From assembly GCF_006345805.1 (NCBI RefSeq), contig NC_043001.1, positions 61,132,001 to 61,196,000 of the forward strand: DNA of 64,000 nucleotides. The letters are read 5' to 3'. Origin of the DNA: Octopus sinensis. Taxonomy: Eukaryota. Below the pieces are notes generated by a model, which was given only the letters and a program-made list of their open reading frames with translations, was not told the origin of the DNA and did no database searches. How positions within the stretch are numbered: the first letter of the stretch is position 1; the number at the start of each line of letters is the position of its first letter. Made by a program: the position numbers and the translations under genes. Positions 26,987 through 39,509 of this stretch are shown here, one piece after another.

Positions 26987-27471
26987 AGATATGTGTATGT
27001 TTGTATGTACATATGCATGTATGTACGTATGTATGTATTCAATTGTATTAGATCTAAACAGTGTTTAGGCATAAGCGAAATTTATGTGAGTTGAAATATG
27101 TTTGTAACATACTTCAACTTCTAAAGCAAAATTTACCATGGAGAGAAAAGAAAAGACTCTCTTATGGTAAAATGTATAAAAGCACCATGGCTATTCCATG
27201 CTGCCTTCTTTCAGATTCTCCGACGCTGTATTTCTAGCACTTTAGCATTTATCGATGGGAAATACTGCAGATAGATAATTCTGGGAAGATTTTAAAGCCT
27301 AAAGTTATGGTTTTAAAATCTACCAGAGTTACCTCAGTATTTCTCATTGATGACGTCTAAAGAGCTAGAATTACGTCTGGGTATCCGATAGGTCGTAGCA
27401 CAGAGCAGATATGTTGATTTTACACTTTTTACCGTTAGAGAGTATTATTTGTCATGGGTAACTGCAGTGAA

Positions 27472-28664
27472 ATAATAAAATAAAATAAATAAAAAAAAAG
27501 AAGAAAAGGAAAAGGAACAAAAGAAAAGAGAAATGAAAAAAGAAGAGAAAAGGGGGAAAAAGGGGGAATAGGAAAAGAAAACGATCAATAGGGATCGTGC
27601 ATCACAGTGTTATGATATATGGTGTAAAGGGGAAAGCAAGTAAGGTTTATCCGTGGGAAGAAAAGCCTACGAAAAAGACCACGGTAACCTTGGTCAATAT
27701 TGTTATATGTTATCACATTTGTTTGCAAGTGGGTAACCCTCTGTTTTCAATTTCTGGGTTCATAAGACTATGCTCAAGGTGGCTTCGTCATTCATACGTG
27801 CCATCCTTGCTACATTCACCCATCTTTTTTTAAAACATTCGCTAGACAAAACTTGCCTCTCTACTCTCACTTTCCTTTTCAAGTGGTACTTGAAGAAGTT
27901 GATGAGAGATTGACCAGAGAGGAAAGTGTTTGTCTCCAATCCTTTCAGACGCGTCCACCAGATACATTCTTTCGCCATAGCCACAAGGATGATGAAAATA
28001 GCTCTTCCTTCCCATTTGAAGGAAGGAGGCGTGACAATATTGACGATAGACTCAGCTGATAAACCGACTCGTCTCACACGTGACAGCAGTTGTTCGACAT
28101 AAGCCCACAGGTCGGAAATTGTTGGACACGGCACAAGTGCGTGCAGAACGGTTTCGTCGCTCTGACCGCATCTCGGGCAGGTCGGCCCCGTGTTTCTCGA
28201 GCCGTGTCTGTAGAGCTTATCCCGAACGGTTAGCGCTTCTCGGTAGCACTGCCAGGCCAGGGATCTCTGGAAGTTGTCCATGGGCCCTGGCCCGAAAGTC
28301 GTCCCGAACAGGCGGGTCAGGTACTCCTCGTCGACGTCCAGGTTCGCCCCGAGCTCGTCGTACCTCCCCTCCACTAATCTCCTATAGAATGTTTTGGTTG
28401 TGATGAAGTCATTCAAGGTCGACCCAGGACGGCAGAGTTGCTTGAGAGCAACGCGACACTCGCGGTGCCATTCGCCCTTCCTCGGCCTCTTTTTGATCCA
28501 CGACTGCAGTTCGGTCATGGAGATGAGCTGCGGGAAAGCGTGCCTCACAAACGGCGACCACACCTGTTCACCGTCGTCTACGAAGAGCCTGAGATGTCGC
28601 AGTCTCAGCGCGTGTCTGCGCATCATCAACCACGGCATGCCCAGTCCTCCTTTTAACGGGTGTT

Positions 28665-28665
<1 letters not shown>
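27472..28665 (-). mobile_element. 5'-truncated Tx1/L1-clade LINE (ORF2 C-terminus + 3' UTR)
   Basis: Open ~300-codon frame 27760-28665 with HPLKGGLGMP, the zf-RVT-like CPRCGQSDETVLHALVPC...LW and AKECIWWTR. GC-rich relative to flanks; 5' end abuts (GATA)n. Confidence 0.85.

Positions 28666-28760
<95 letters not shown>
28666..28760. repeat. (GATA)n microsatellite
   Basis: Directly visible. Confidence 0.97.
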
Positions 28761-28761
<1 letters not shown>

Positions 28762-30099
28762 GTATGAATGTATGAATATATCTATGCATATATACGTACA
28801 AATTCATGCGAACATGTGAATACTATAATATGTACGCGCTTGTATTGTTCTGTGTGCTACTTTGCCTTAGTATATATTGCTTAGTATTGATGAGTAATTT
28901 CAGATATTTCATATTAATCTCCTTTTGAGATTGCGCGTGAGATATACATTAGATCATCATATGAGGCAAGATGTTTGATAAAATGATGCTCCAGTAATTT
29001 ATCTATTTATGTTTCAAAAGAATTGAAATATTGTATAAAATGAACATAGGCTTTGTTTAGCTGCTTTTGAAAAGAATAAGTTGGAGATTAATTTAGCTGC
29101 ACTGTGTAATTGTTTCTTATCTGTAGAAACAATTTGCAGAGCAACAGGTTATGACAAATACGATTTATCCAACAAATGTATGTACCAATTATTCTTAAAT
29201 AAATTGTCACCATGATGTTCATCGTTACGAGTATAACACATAGATGAACATTTCAACTAAAATTCACACGAATGAACAGAGCTGTGAATTCTTGATTTAC
29301 TAAAAGAAACGTCTTTCGATTAAAGTGAATGGAATGGATGAAAATTGCAAAGCACTCTGGTAAATTTTGGTGGCTAATAGGGCATCAGCGTAATCTGATT
29401 ACTTTTGCCCCGATGTAATAACTTTCTGGATTAAAAAGAACATTTTATTATAAACGCTTAGAAATTACATTAGAATGTTTTATGACGGCTAAAGATCAAC
29501 TATTTGTGCAATCAATTTCTCCCAACACTTACAAAAAAAATCTCGATCTGTTACATTGAGCCCGTGTTAAATGTTAGTGGTAAATCTCCTAAGGAATTTT
29601 AAATTGCTTTTTAAATATAAGCTTACTGCTCAAAAAGAAATTTATCGAAAAACCAGTGTCAAAGTTACATATATTTATATATAGCTGATCAATTTTACTG
29701 GTAAAATAATGATTGTTATTAAATGAAATGTTGATAACATTGTTGATAACATTGTTATCAAATGAAATGTTGCGTGATTATGTAATATTATTTTATGTTA
29801 TTTATCAAGAATTATATAGCCATGCGATGGAAACATGCGTTGCACAATTGAGCGACCTTTCATATATTTTATTATATTTGTATATACATACTTCCTCCAG
29901 AAGCCTTTCGGAGAAATCCCATTTCAGCTACTTGTATTCTCGAATGTATCAATTCTCTCATTACCAAACAGTCATGACTGTAGGTGAGGATAGGCACTAA
30001 ATACGAACCGAAGTTGGTGTGATTTGCTTTTCTGTCAGCCATTTCAGTTCTGAGGGTCGAATGACAAAGCTAGTACACAATTGTTCCAACACCTGCAAT

Positions 30100-30540
30100 T
30101 CTAGCATCAGGTTCAGGTTCCTGCCTTCTGTAAGTCGTGAAATACAGCACTGAAATATTCAAAATTCTTGACTGGTGTCAGTAATATTCCACTAAAGATG
30201 GGAAGGCTTTATTTAGAGGACCAATATCTCAGTCTTTTGCAATACTGACTTCCATCACTGTCACATGAAGCCCTCGGCAGAGAACTAAGGTCGAGCCATT
30301 AAGTCTCTGCATCGAGAGGTCAAAACCTCCAGTACAATGGACATGTGATTAGAATATCGCAGAAAAGTATCCAAGATGCAAACATGAAGCCAAACCAAGC
30401 AATATGATAACCAGAAGTAAACCAAGAACGAAAGCGTTGGATAACTTATATAGTCTCAGTTCGTCATGTTTGGGAATACAACCTTCAAGTATCATGATTG
30501 TTGCTTTTGACAGGATACCATAGGGGTGATGCCTGGTGAC
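30100..30540 (+). mobile_element. Decayed RTE-like LINE 3' fragment
   Basis: IERSK.QYNGHVIR...PRSKPRT resembles the RTE C-terminal GHV.R...RPRGRP motif. Confidence 0.4.
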
Positions 30541-30831
30541 TGTACACGTACGACCCTCCCAGGAATACTGGACGAATAAGTTGGATGGTTAGAAATACAT
30601 ATTTAAACACGCAAAATATAAAATCAACACATGGAATTAAATTAATTATACTTCCATGTTTATGAAGATTATATTGTCGCGACAGAGAAAAGTGTTTAAC
30701 GTTAAACGGTGTAGACAACCTACAGAATGAGAGGTGCAGGAGTGTTGAGCGACTCGGGAGTTTCTGAGTGTAGATGGAACAAGATTAACCAACTCGTAGG
30801 TGCCGATACCATTCAATTAGAGTTACAAATT

Positions 30832-31140
30832 GCATGTCTGTGGACCAGAAGCTGCCATGTGCCTGCAACTGAATTATGCGAATTACTCGACTAACTTTCC
30901 TTTTGATGCTTTCTAGAATATCTGATATGTAGCAATAGACAGTCCCGGGATTGTTTGCTGCTACATGTGAGAGTACCACATGCATGTATGTGGTCCGGAA
31001 GCTGCCACATTCCTGCAGATGAATTATGCGAATTATTCGAGTAACCTTTCTTTTGATTCTTTCTAGAGGATCGAATGTGTAACAGAATATCGAATATGTA
31101 ACAGTCCCAGGACTGTTTGATGCTACATGTGAGTGCATCA
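30832..31140. repeat. Diverged ~150-bp tandem duplication (LINE-derived)
   Basis: 30832-30980 vs 30981-31140. Minus strand reads LERIKRKVTRII / LESIKRKVSRVI. Confidence 0.75.
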
Positions 31141-31329
31141 CTACAGTATTGGTAAAATTATCAATGCAAAGCTAATGCCAAACCTGGAAGCTTTGTTTTA
31201 ATAAATGCAGTAGCGAATGCATTAGCTATTCTACTAACAAAATTCACGTCTTGCAAAATATTAGACTATAAATATATTTGCAATTATGATCAATTAATTC
31301 CGCCTTGATTAATTTTAATGCTGTATACT

Positions 31330-31900
31330 TCGAGTTTAAAAATATGGAGCGGATAGTATATAATGCTGATATAGTGTATACTGCAGAATAAATGAATTCA
31401 TGTGAAACGCGAAACCTGTTAAGAGCTATAGTAATAAGTCAAATCTATTTTGTAAAAAAAATTACATAAAATATTCTTTCAAATATATGATTGAGCATAC
31501 GTAAATGTATTCCGGGTCTTAGGAGAATCTTTAAAAATAAGTTAATTATCTGTTTTCAACATCTGTAGAACTTCTTTCTTTCATGTCCGAAGGGTAGGTT
31601 TGTAATTATGGATATAATTAAGGAATTTTGATACAGCGTCGATATCAGAATTCAAATATTCCTCTATTTGTCTATATAAAGTAAACATTAGAATCAGTTT
31701 ACTTGCTGAAAAGTTCTCTTTTGTGAAGGCATATGATAAAGTCTTGAATGTCCGCATTTAGTTTGGTTTTATTTGAGATAGGAGTGAGAAGATATTTTAA
31801 TCTTCATTAAGAGATCGATATTTAAATTTCCTTTCAATAAATTTATAATTTTTAGGTTAATATTTTACATTTTGTTGTTTCCGCTACTCTGGTTTCCTAC
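31330..31900 (-). mobile_element. Decayed Penelope-like N-terminal region
   Basis: Minus-strand traces IINL...TKLNADIQDF...RELF resemble the PLE pre-RT domain. Confidence 0.35.
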
Positions 31901-32639
31901 TGCGACAGACTTTCCTTAAAACAACAATTAGCTGCCTTGTGACATCTGTACCTTGGACTTTTCTTGCTTATCTTTGGATTACTCATGCTTCCATTTTCTC
32001 TGTTTGTGACAGATTTCTATTCTTGTCCAATACATTTTCGTCTCCTGTGCCATTCCTTTGTGAGTGATGTTACATTATGGTGTAATGTATGTTGCGTTTT
32101 AGTATATCTGAGTGAGTGCTACGTTTCAACTTCGTAATGCGTGCGTTTCAAGTGTGAGTTTCTTGATCTCCTCAGGCTGTTTCATAAAAGGTGCTGGGGC
32201 GTTTCATTTAAATGATTACTGTATCCAATTCTTTTTGTGATACAGTTTAATGGCCATTGATTTATCTTATTTATTTGTTCCGTTTGCGTTGAGTTTTAAT
32301 ATAGAGTTTTCTCCACATTTCTGCGCCAACCAATGTTATATATATTTGTCAAATTATGTAGCTTTATCATCCTATTTCCAGTCATGTATATATTCATATT
32401 TATGTAGGCGTGATGTGTGGTAAGAAGCCTGCTTCCTACGCATGCGTTGGTCAGTGTTTTCTTTGCACTGTTAGGAGACACGACACCAACGTCGTGAATG
32501 TATTGAACAAGTGAAGCACAACTACAAAGTAAGATATTTGTTTTTTGGTGGGGATTCAATGGGGGTTTGTCGCTCGTATTTAATTATTTTGTCGAACAAG
32601 AAATCTCCATTGAGTTCCGAGCATTTGTCTGCCTGTAGT

Positions 32640-33405
32640 TGTGGTAAAAGTCTCACTTAGCGGTGACAAGTGTGTTTTAAGGGCGTATCCCTCCTTCTAT
32701 AATTGTGCTTATTTTTTTACCATTTTTGGTGAAATTGTTTTGTGACTATTTTGTGCCCTGAATTACCAAGAGGATTACCGAGTTAGCCATGAGTACCAGG
32801 ACAGCCAGAATAGTTTGCTGTGATTTTGAACTGTTTCTTTTCTTCCGTTCATCCTGAATTTTTTTTTTAATCTGTGAACTTTTGTTTTTTGGTGACTTTT
32901 TCCAAAATAATCATGGCAAAAATGACAAACAATACTCTTCGCTAAAGTGGGAGATTGTCCCACCCATACAGTGGATGAAAGACCTTGAAAAGAGGACTGT
33001 GGTGTTAAAGGACTTATTCAAAGTAACTCGACATCATCGCCCTCTTTCAAAAGAATCAAATTGAAAAGAGTTGGCAGAATATTTGACAACTATTAAGTTC
33101 ATCTCCAGCGGGTGGAGTCAAACATGCAACGGTGTGGTTGATATTTGACACCCCCGAGGAAGCTGGGAAATTTTCGAGTCAGCCCTTAGAGGGCAAAGAG
33201 ATTTTGTTTCTTCCCACGTATGGGTCTGCAGGTTGCCACCCGGGATAGAACCCGAGTGGATAGAAGACACTATCCGCGGGAGTCTGGGTGGCAGCGGTTC
33301 CAAGCTGCTTGATGTAAAAATGTTGCCGGCGGCTGATTGGGTTGGGTCAAAAGCTGTTTTGACCCTGTGGACCCAATTAGCTAAGAATCTGGTCTTTCCA
33401 GATTT
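32640..33405 (+). mobile_element. Possible 5' UTR/ORF1 fragment of a Tx1/L1-like LINE
   Basis: Higher GC, broken frame with VWVCRLPPGIEPEWIEDTIR. Truncated by the fold-back element at 33422. Confidence 0.4.
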
Positions 33406-33421
33406 TTTGTGTGTGTGTGTA

Positions 33422-33676
33422 TAAATTTTACAAATATTTTATAATTATATACATAATTATAACAAGGGATTGGCTTTACGCTTCTCCACGCACTGTAAAA
33501 TAAACGTTAAAAAACACTATTACCACCTTAAAATCACGGAGGATAACACACTACTACCAGAGATTTCAAGGTGGTAATAGTCTCTTTTGACGTCTATTTT
33601 TGTAGTGCATGAAGAAGCGTATAGCCATTCCCTTGTTATACTTATGTATATAATTATAAAATATTTGTAAAATTTA
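33422..33676. repeat. ~114-bp imperfect inverted repeat (fold-back) attached to Penelope RT sequence
   Basis: Arms 33422-33535 and 33562-33676, 26-nt loop. Confidence 0.88.
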
Positions 33677-34310
33677 CCTTTGGGAATTGAATGTTACTAT
33701 TTATATCATTTAGTGTTGATTTGAAATCCAAAAGTTTGTCGATATTCTCCTTCCAAATGATAAAGCAGTCATCTAGGTATCTCTTCCAATTTTCTCTTAT
33801 GTAGAGGTAAAATGGGTTACCATTCAAAATAACCCATTATTAGGTTCGCAAGAACATTGTAGCTTGGCCAGCCTGTGAAACTCACCGCCTAAGCAATTTT
33901 ATAGACATTCTTCTGAAACTCCTGCTGAAATGCATCAAAAGTTTCATTAGAGATAATTTAGACATGCTAGAACACCTATCAAAAACGATTAATGAAGAGG
34001 CAATATTGGTTACCCTCGATGTTATCAATCTTTACACCAACATCCCCTATGACTATGGAATAAAAGCAATTAAATTCTAGTTGGAAAAATACCCCGAAGT
34101 ACTCCCGGAACGCATAAACCAGATCTTTATTATTGAATCCTTAAAATTTATACTTCAGAACAATTATTTCCTATTTGATGACAAATACTATCGTCAGAAA
34201 TGCGGAATTGTGATGGAAACGAAAGCAGCCGCTGTTCTTTCGAACCTAATAATGGGTTATTTTGAATTCACCTTATATGAAGTATCACTTCAGAAATATG
34301 TTTACCCACA
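33677..34310. mobile_element. Rearranged Penelope-like RT fragments (minus 33677-33857; plus 33860-34310)
   Basis: Minus: WKRYLDDCFIIW. Plus: THRLSNFIDILLK, LVTLDVINLYTNIP, ILQNNYFLFDDKYYRQKCGIVM. The gaacctaataatgggttattttgaa segment is present in both orientations. Confidence 0.85.
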
Positions 34311-34364
34311 CAGCCACAAGAGGATTTTAAAGACAACGACAATGCAAAACACCAATGCCCTAAT

Positions 34365-34906
34365 GTAGTACCAGACAGTGGCTCTCGTGGCTTCTGATAT
34401 ACCATCAAAGTGAAACTGGATCAAAATATATGAAGCCCAATATACCCGTCTGATAAGGGTACGCCAGGCACATACATTACAAACATATGTACGGACATTG
34501 TGATTTCATACCAAGATAAATAGCGCATGTCCTTGCAGGTCGAACCCAGCTAGACATTTCTTCAGGTCGAGTAGTCCATTTTGCTCAAAAGTGCCCTGAA
34601 GAAGGTTGTTTCGGGATGTTGAACGAAACACCCATGTTTCCAAAGAGGAATTATCAAAACCCCAAAGAATTCCTCTCAATACATGGCTATGATGCTCCCC
34701 CACTACTTATGCTAGTGATCAGAGATGCACATATCGTCAACCGCTAAGAGACATGCTCAACCGATTAAGGTCAAACAACTGACAAGCAAATCTGTGGTAT
34801 TGAGCAGAATATTTGTTGTAGCCTATCTTTTATAATAAGACAAGACAATGATAACACTTCCAATCAGTTAAAATCAGAAGCCATGAGAGTCACTGTTGGT
34901 ACTGCA
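34365..34906 (-). mobile_element. Family C SINE-like element with an inverted duplicate of its 5' end
   Basis: 34400-34700 is the reverse complement of 560-880. 34365-34398 is the reverse complement of 34873-34906. Confidence 0.75.
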
Positions 34907-35801
34907 ATATGGCATAGTTGTTTTGCATTGTGGTCGTCAGATAATTTTCAATCAATCATTTTGACGCCTCTATTTCTTCAGCAGATATCGTTAACATTCT
35001 GGCATGGTTGTATAGTTCTATCTCAAATATTCTTCATTGTTGTCAGTCGCAGTACATCCTTTTTCAATTTTCCCTTATTGTTACTCCATTTTCATCTGTC
35101 ATTTGATTTATATAATAGCACTCTCTAGTAGTCACATGGATATCTTTGCGATACTTTTTTCCTCTATTAGTCTTATACTAGAAGTCGCAGTTTGACAACC
35201 GCACCCTTCATACAACTTAGTGGCAAAAATGCAGGACACGGCACCATCAACACTGATTCCAGTCCCATATAACTTTTTATCTATTAAATTTCTTTTAGAG
35301 ATTTCATTTATAGAGGCTGAGTGGTGATTTTTGTAGCATTATCCCTATATTTATTACTAACCGAGGTTCGGAGATGCTCCATCCACTCAGTTAAGCTGCG
35401 CTAGGTCTCACACTAGTTTTTCTTATATTGCTTTTTGTTAGCATTCAAAATTATCCCTCTTCTTAGTAGACTACTGACACAATCATCCTAGCTACTTTTG
35501 TCCATGTATACCCCTCTAGAGGCCCTTTGTTATTGTTTTCAAGGGCTGATGGTGGAGTAATTGCCGAAATGACCAAAGTTACGTAAGTAGAGACCATTCT
35601 AAATTCTTCTCATTTTATTAATATGAAGTGTATCTGCCCATGGTCGTTGGCCACTAAGAAAGAGGTAGGATGATATTTCCGGCCAAGCTTAAGTAATTGT
35701 GCGCCAGTTCTCTGCCCATAATCACAGTCTTTCTCCCTCCCTCTTTTTATTTCTACCTGTCTCTCTCTTTCTCTTTTTCTTTCCTTTCTCTTTTCTCTTT
35801 C

Positions 35802-36193
35802 TCTTTTACTTGTTTCAGTCATTTGACTGCGGTCATGCTGGAGCACCGCCTTTAATCGATCAACTCGACCCCGGGACTTATTCTTTGTAAGCCCAGTACT
35901 TATTCTATCGGTCTCTTTTTTGCCGAACCGCTAAGTGACGGGGACGTAAACACACCAGCATCGGTTGTCAAGCAATGCTAGGGGAACAAACACAGACACA
36001 CAAACAAACACATATATATATACATATATACGACAGGCTTCTTTCAGTTTCCGTCTACCAAATCTACTCACAAGGCATTGGTCGGCCCGGGGCTATAGCA
36101 AAAGACACTTGCCCAAGATGCCACGCAGTGGGACTGAACCCGGAACCATGTGGTTGGTTAGCAAGCTACTTACCACACGGCCACTCCTGCGCC
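35802..36193 (-). mobile_element. tRNA/CORE-like SINE, well-preserved copy
   Basis: Reverse complement of the 3642-4043 family. B-box-like ggttcagtcc and CORE-like atcttgggcaagtgtc. Confidence 0.85.
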
Positions 36194-36894
36194 TATTCCT
36201 TCTTCCTCTCTTGCTTTCTTTCTCTCTCTCTCTCTCTCTCCTTCTTTCTCTCATTTTCTTTCTCACTCTCTCTCTCTTTATCTCTCTTTCTCTTTAGTTG
36301 TTCTAGTCCCACTCATAGTGACAACCTTCAAGGCGGCTGCCCTAAAATTTTGGGCCCCATAGGAAAAGTGTGGGAGGAGTTCTAGTAACATTTGGGTAAT
36401 TTTCGACTCATGTGGTCGATATACCCTTTTTATTAGTTACACTGGTAGACTGCGGGATAATTCAAGAAATTCTAGAAAATAAAACAAATGAAATCAAAGC
36501 AATACTATAATGCTGCCCAATTTCAAGGCTCATATTTTACATTCAGTTAGAAATTTATATAAAATTTGTTTATATAAAATATAGAAATAGATGCATATAC
36601 GTACATTGTAACAGCTAATCTCTATATATTTAAGTGTGAAGGTTTAACATTTCCATTTGGAAGAATATCTACATATTCATCTACCAACAGAACATTAGGT
36701 AGGGAAATCACGGCATAAAAGAATGTTAGCCAAAAAACAAACTAATGCCTCGATCAAGGTGACACACATATGCCACACAGAAAATGCTATATGGAACAGA
36801 AAAGTCTTCCTCTGGTGAATTTGAATCTCTGAACTAATTCTGGTCACTGGCCCATTGATAATAGCCTTTCTAAAGTTGAAATAATACCAACATT

Positions 36895-37055
36895 AAATTT
36901 TGAGGGAAGGGGGAAGTCGATTAAATTGACCGCACTACTCAAATGGTACTTATTATATCGACAGGAAAAATCGACCTTGGCTGAAATTGAACTCAGAACT
37001 TAAAGCCAGGAGAACTGCCGCTCAGCATTAGGCCCGGCATGGTTATCATTTAGCA
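36895..37055 (-). mobile_element. Older SINE copy (37066 family), inverted
   Basis: Reverse complement reads atgccgggcctaatgctgagcgg...gagttcaatttcagccaaggtcga...aataagtacc...aatcgact. Confidence 0.7.
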
Positions 37056-37065
37056 CATAACAATC

Positions 37066-37295
37066 GGCGGCGAGCTGGCAGAAACGTTAGCACGCCGGGC
37101 GAAATGCTTAGCGGTATTTCGTCTGCGTTACGTTGTGAGTTCAAATTCCGCCGAGGTCGACTTTGCCTTTCATCCTTTCGGGGTCGATAAATTAAGTACC
37201 AGTTACGCACTGGGGTCGATGTAATCGACTTAATACCTATGTCTGTCCTTGTTTGTCCCCTCTGTGTTTAGCCCCTTGTGGGTAATAAAGAAATA
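37066..37295 (+). mobile_element. Young tRNA-derived SINE with Meta/Sauria-like central motif
   Basis: A-box-like tggcagaaacg, B-box gagttcaaattcc, central gtcgactttgcctttcatcctttcggggtcgataaattaagtacc. Imperfect TSD ggttatc(a/c)tttagcaca. Confidence 0.85.
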
Positions 37296-39085
37296 GGTTA
37301 TCCTTTAGCACAATCATAATAACGTTACGAATTGTGTGAAATATTGAGATAGTGTAATGAATTTAAGTGGGAGTACAGATGATTAAATAAACTTTTGCAC
37401 GACGCAGATCATTAGTTTTATAGTTTTCGTTGTTGTTATTGTGATTGACAATGGAGTTATGCTAAATTACGATGATATTCGATTTTCTCAAATATATTTA
37501 AGCTTGGAACATAAACTATATTACTGTTTCTATCACCTAAACTTAACCTCCTGCTTTATCAAAATGTCGGACATAAAAATTACTAATACATCTTCTGTCT
37601 GTAACATTATCAAACATTTTGCCGACTCATGATGTTGCACGGTACAAAAATATTTTATAAACATACAAAATTAAAATAGTAAATATAGTAAGCAGATAAT
37701 TGAAAATAAGAATTCTGTATTAATTGCAGCATAATTTCTGTGCAAAATGCATACATACATAAATATAAACAAATATACATATATATGCCCATATGTATGT
37801 GTGTGAGTGTGTGTGTTTGTGTGTGTGTGTATGAGAGAGAGAGAGAGAGAGAGAGAGAGTGTGTGTGTGTGTACATATATATACAATGAAAACGAGTAGC
37901 CGCTACAAAGTCTCTATAATTCTTTCTAAATAAATAAACAGCGAAGTGAAAATAAAAAGCACAAAACGAAAGTTAATTTACTTATTGATCACAGACAGTA
38001 TAGGCAAATGATGCTGTTAAACGCATGGATATCATGAGATATTGAATTCTGTAGTCAAACTGGCTACAAGAGTGACTCTAAATCATTCTTTGCCGTGTTT
38101 GGAGATTTTCATTTTCCTTATTTTTTTTAGTTTTGAAATTTTTTTTTGTTTAAGTATCAAATTTCGTAAAATGAAATCAGAAATATTACACGAGAGAAGT
38201 GTATCATATAATTGTAAAACTTGGTGAATATTCCAATAAATATACTAGTATTTTGAGCAAATAGACAACACTTTCAGTGAATCACATACCATTCATTAGG
38301 TAAAGTTAAATTTGAACCCGTAGTTCATTCATATGAATTTTGAAACAAGTAATCCTAATTCTTGTTGATTGACGTCTCATAATGAAGGCTGTAGCTATTC
38401 GTATTTTTTTAAGGAGATGTTTTGGGTAAAATATCTACAACATTGATATGGGGGCACATGAATGATGGATTGCTAAGTTTTATCTGTTTATTTATTCATT
38501 TCAACATCAAATAACTAACCCTTTCCTGTAAAGTTCATAGAGATGAAGAAATGATATAATGCGTATTCTATGTAAAAAATTATGCTCAGTCACATGTAAA
38601 CTACCACAAGTAAACTACATATATAATGCGATCAATATAATACAGACATATTACCATTTACATTAATGACTGTGCTAATTCAAAGATTTTCAGGGAACTG
38701 TGCCAAAACATACAAGCCTGCTTGACATCCGATAACAAATTTGAAATAGTTTTAGGGGTCTAGAGAGAATATGGATCAATTTATACGTATGGATTATATC
38801 AGGTTCACGTGATGCCGTCAAAAGCCACTTAAGGATCTTAGTGGGAATGGTGAAGACTAGGAGCAGATGACAGAAAATCGATCAGTTGGGAAAGAAATGA
38901 TCTACAATGGTAGTAAAGTATTTGAAACACAGAAAATAGAACAATCCCTTTTGAAATGAATATTTCGCAAACTGGACATTACTTCAGTCCCGGATATCGT
39001 TGTGCATGAAGATATTTGTAACGTATGCCGTATGGTCTGTTTGTGAAAAACCAGACTTGCAAGTCCTTGAGATTTCATGACACAG

Positions 39086-39215
39086 ATCGACCCCGGACTT
39101 ATTCTTTGTAAACCTAGTACTTATTCTATCGGCCTCTTTTGTAGAACCGCTAAGTTACGGAGATGTAAACACACCAACATCGGTTGTCAAGCGATCGTGG
39201 CGGGACAAACACACA
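39086..39215 (-). mobile_element. Partial CORE-like SINE
   Basis: Matches 35865-36000. Confidence 0.75.
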
Positions 39216-39412
39216 CACACAAATATATACATCTATACATACATAAAAAAAAGTTCATTTCTATGTTTTTGTTTTTAAGTTTTCGTATCTCATTGTGTTC
39301 TATTTTTTAATGTCCTGTACCCATATATGCATGTATATATACATATATATGTAGGTATGTACATACATGTATGTATATATGCATATATTTATATATTATT
39401 TATAATATTTAT

Positions 39413-39451
<39 letters not shown>

Positions 39452-39509
39452 GCACATACACACACACACACACACATATATATATTATATATATATATAT
39501 ATATAAATA

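Noticed and set aside
27343-27381. Plus-strand hammerhead-like CUCA-UUGAUGA...GAAU-UACG-UC-UGGG
   Set aside because: Core mutated at two essential positions and stem II does not pair. At best a fossil, though it would weaken the strand-bias observation if real.
37066-37155. tRNA gene
   Set aside because: A/B-box-like head continues into SINE body with TSD; no cloverleaf.
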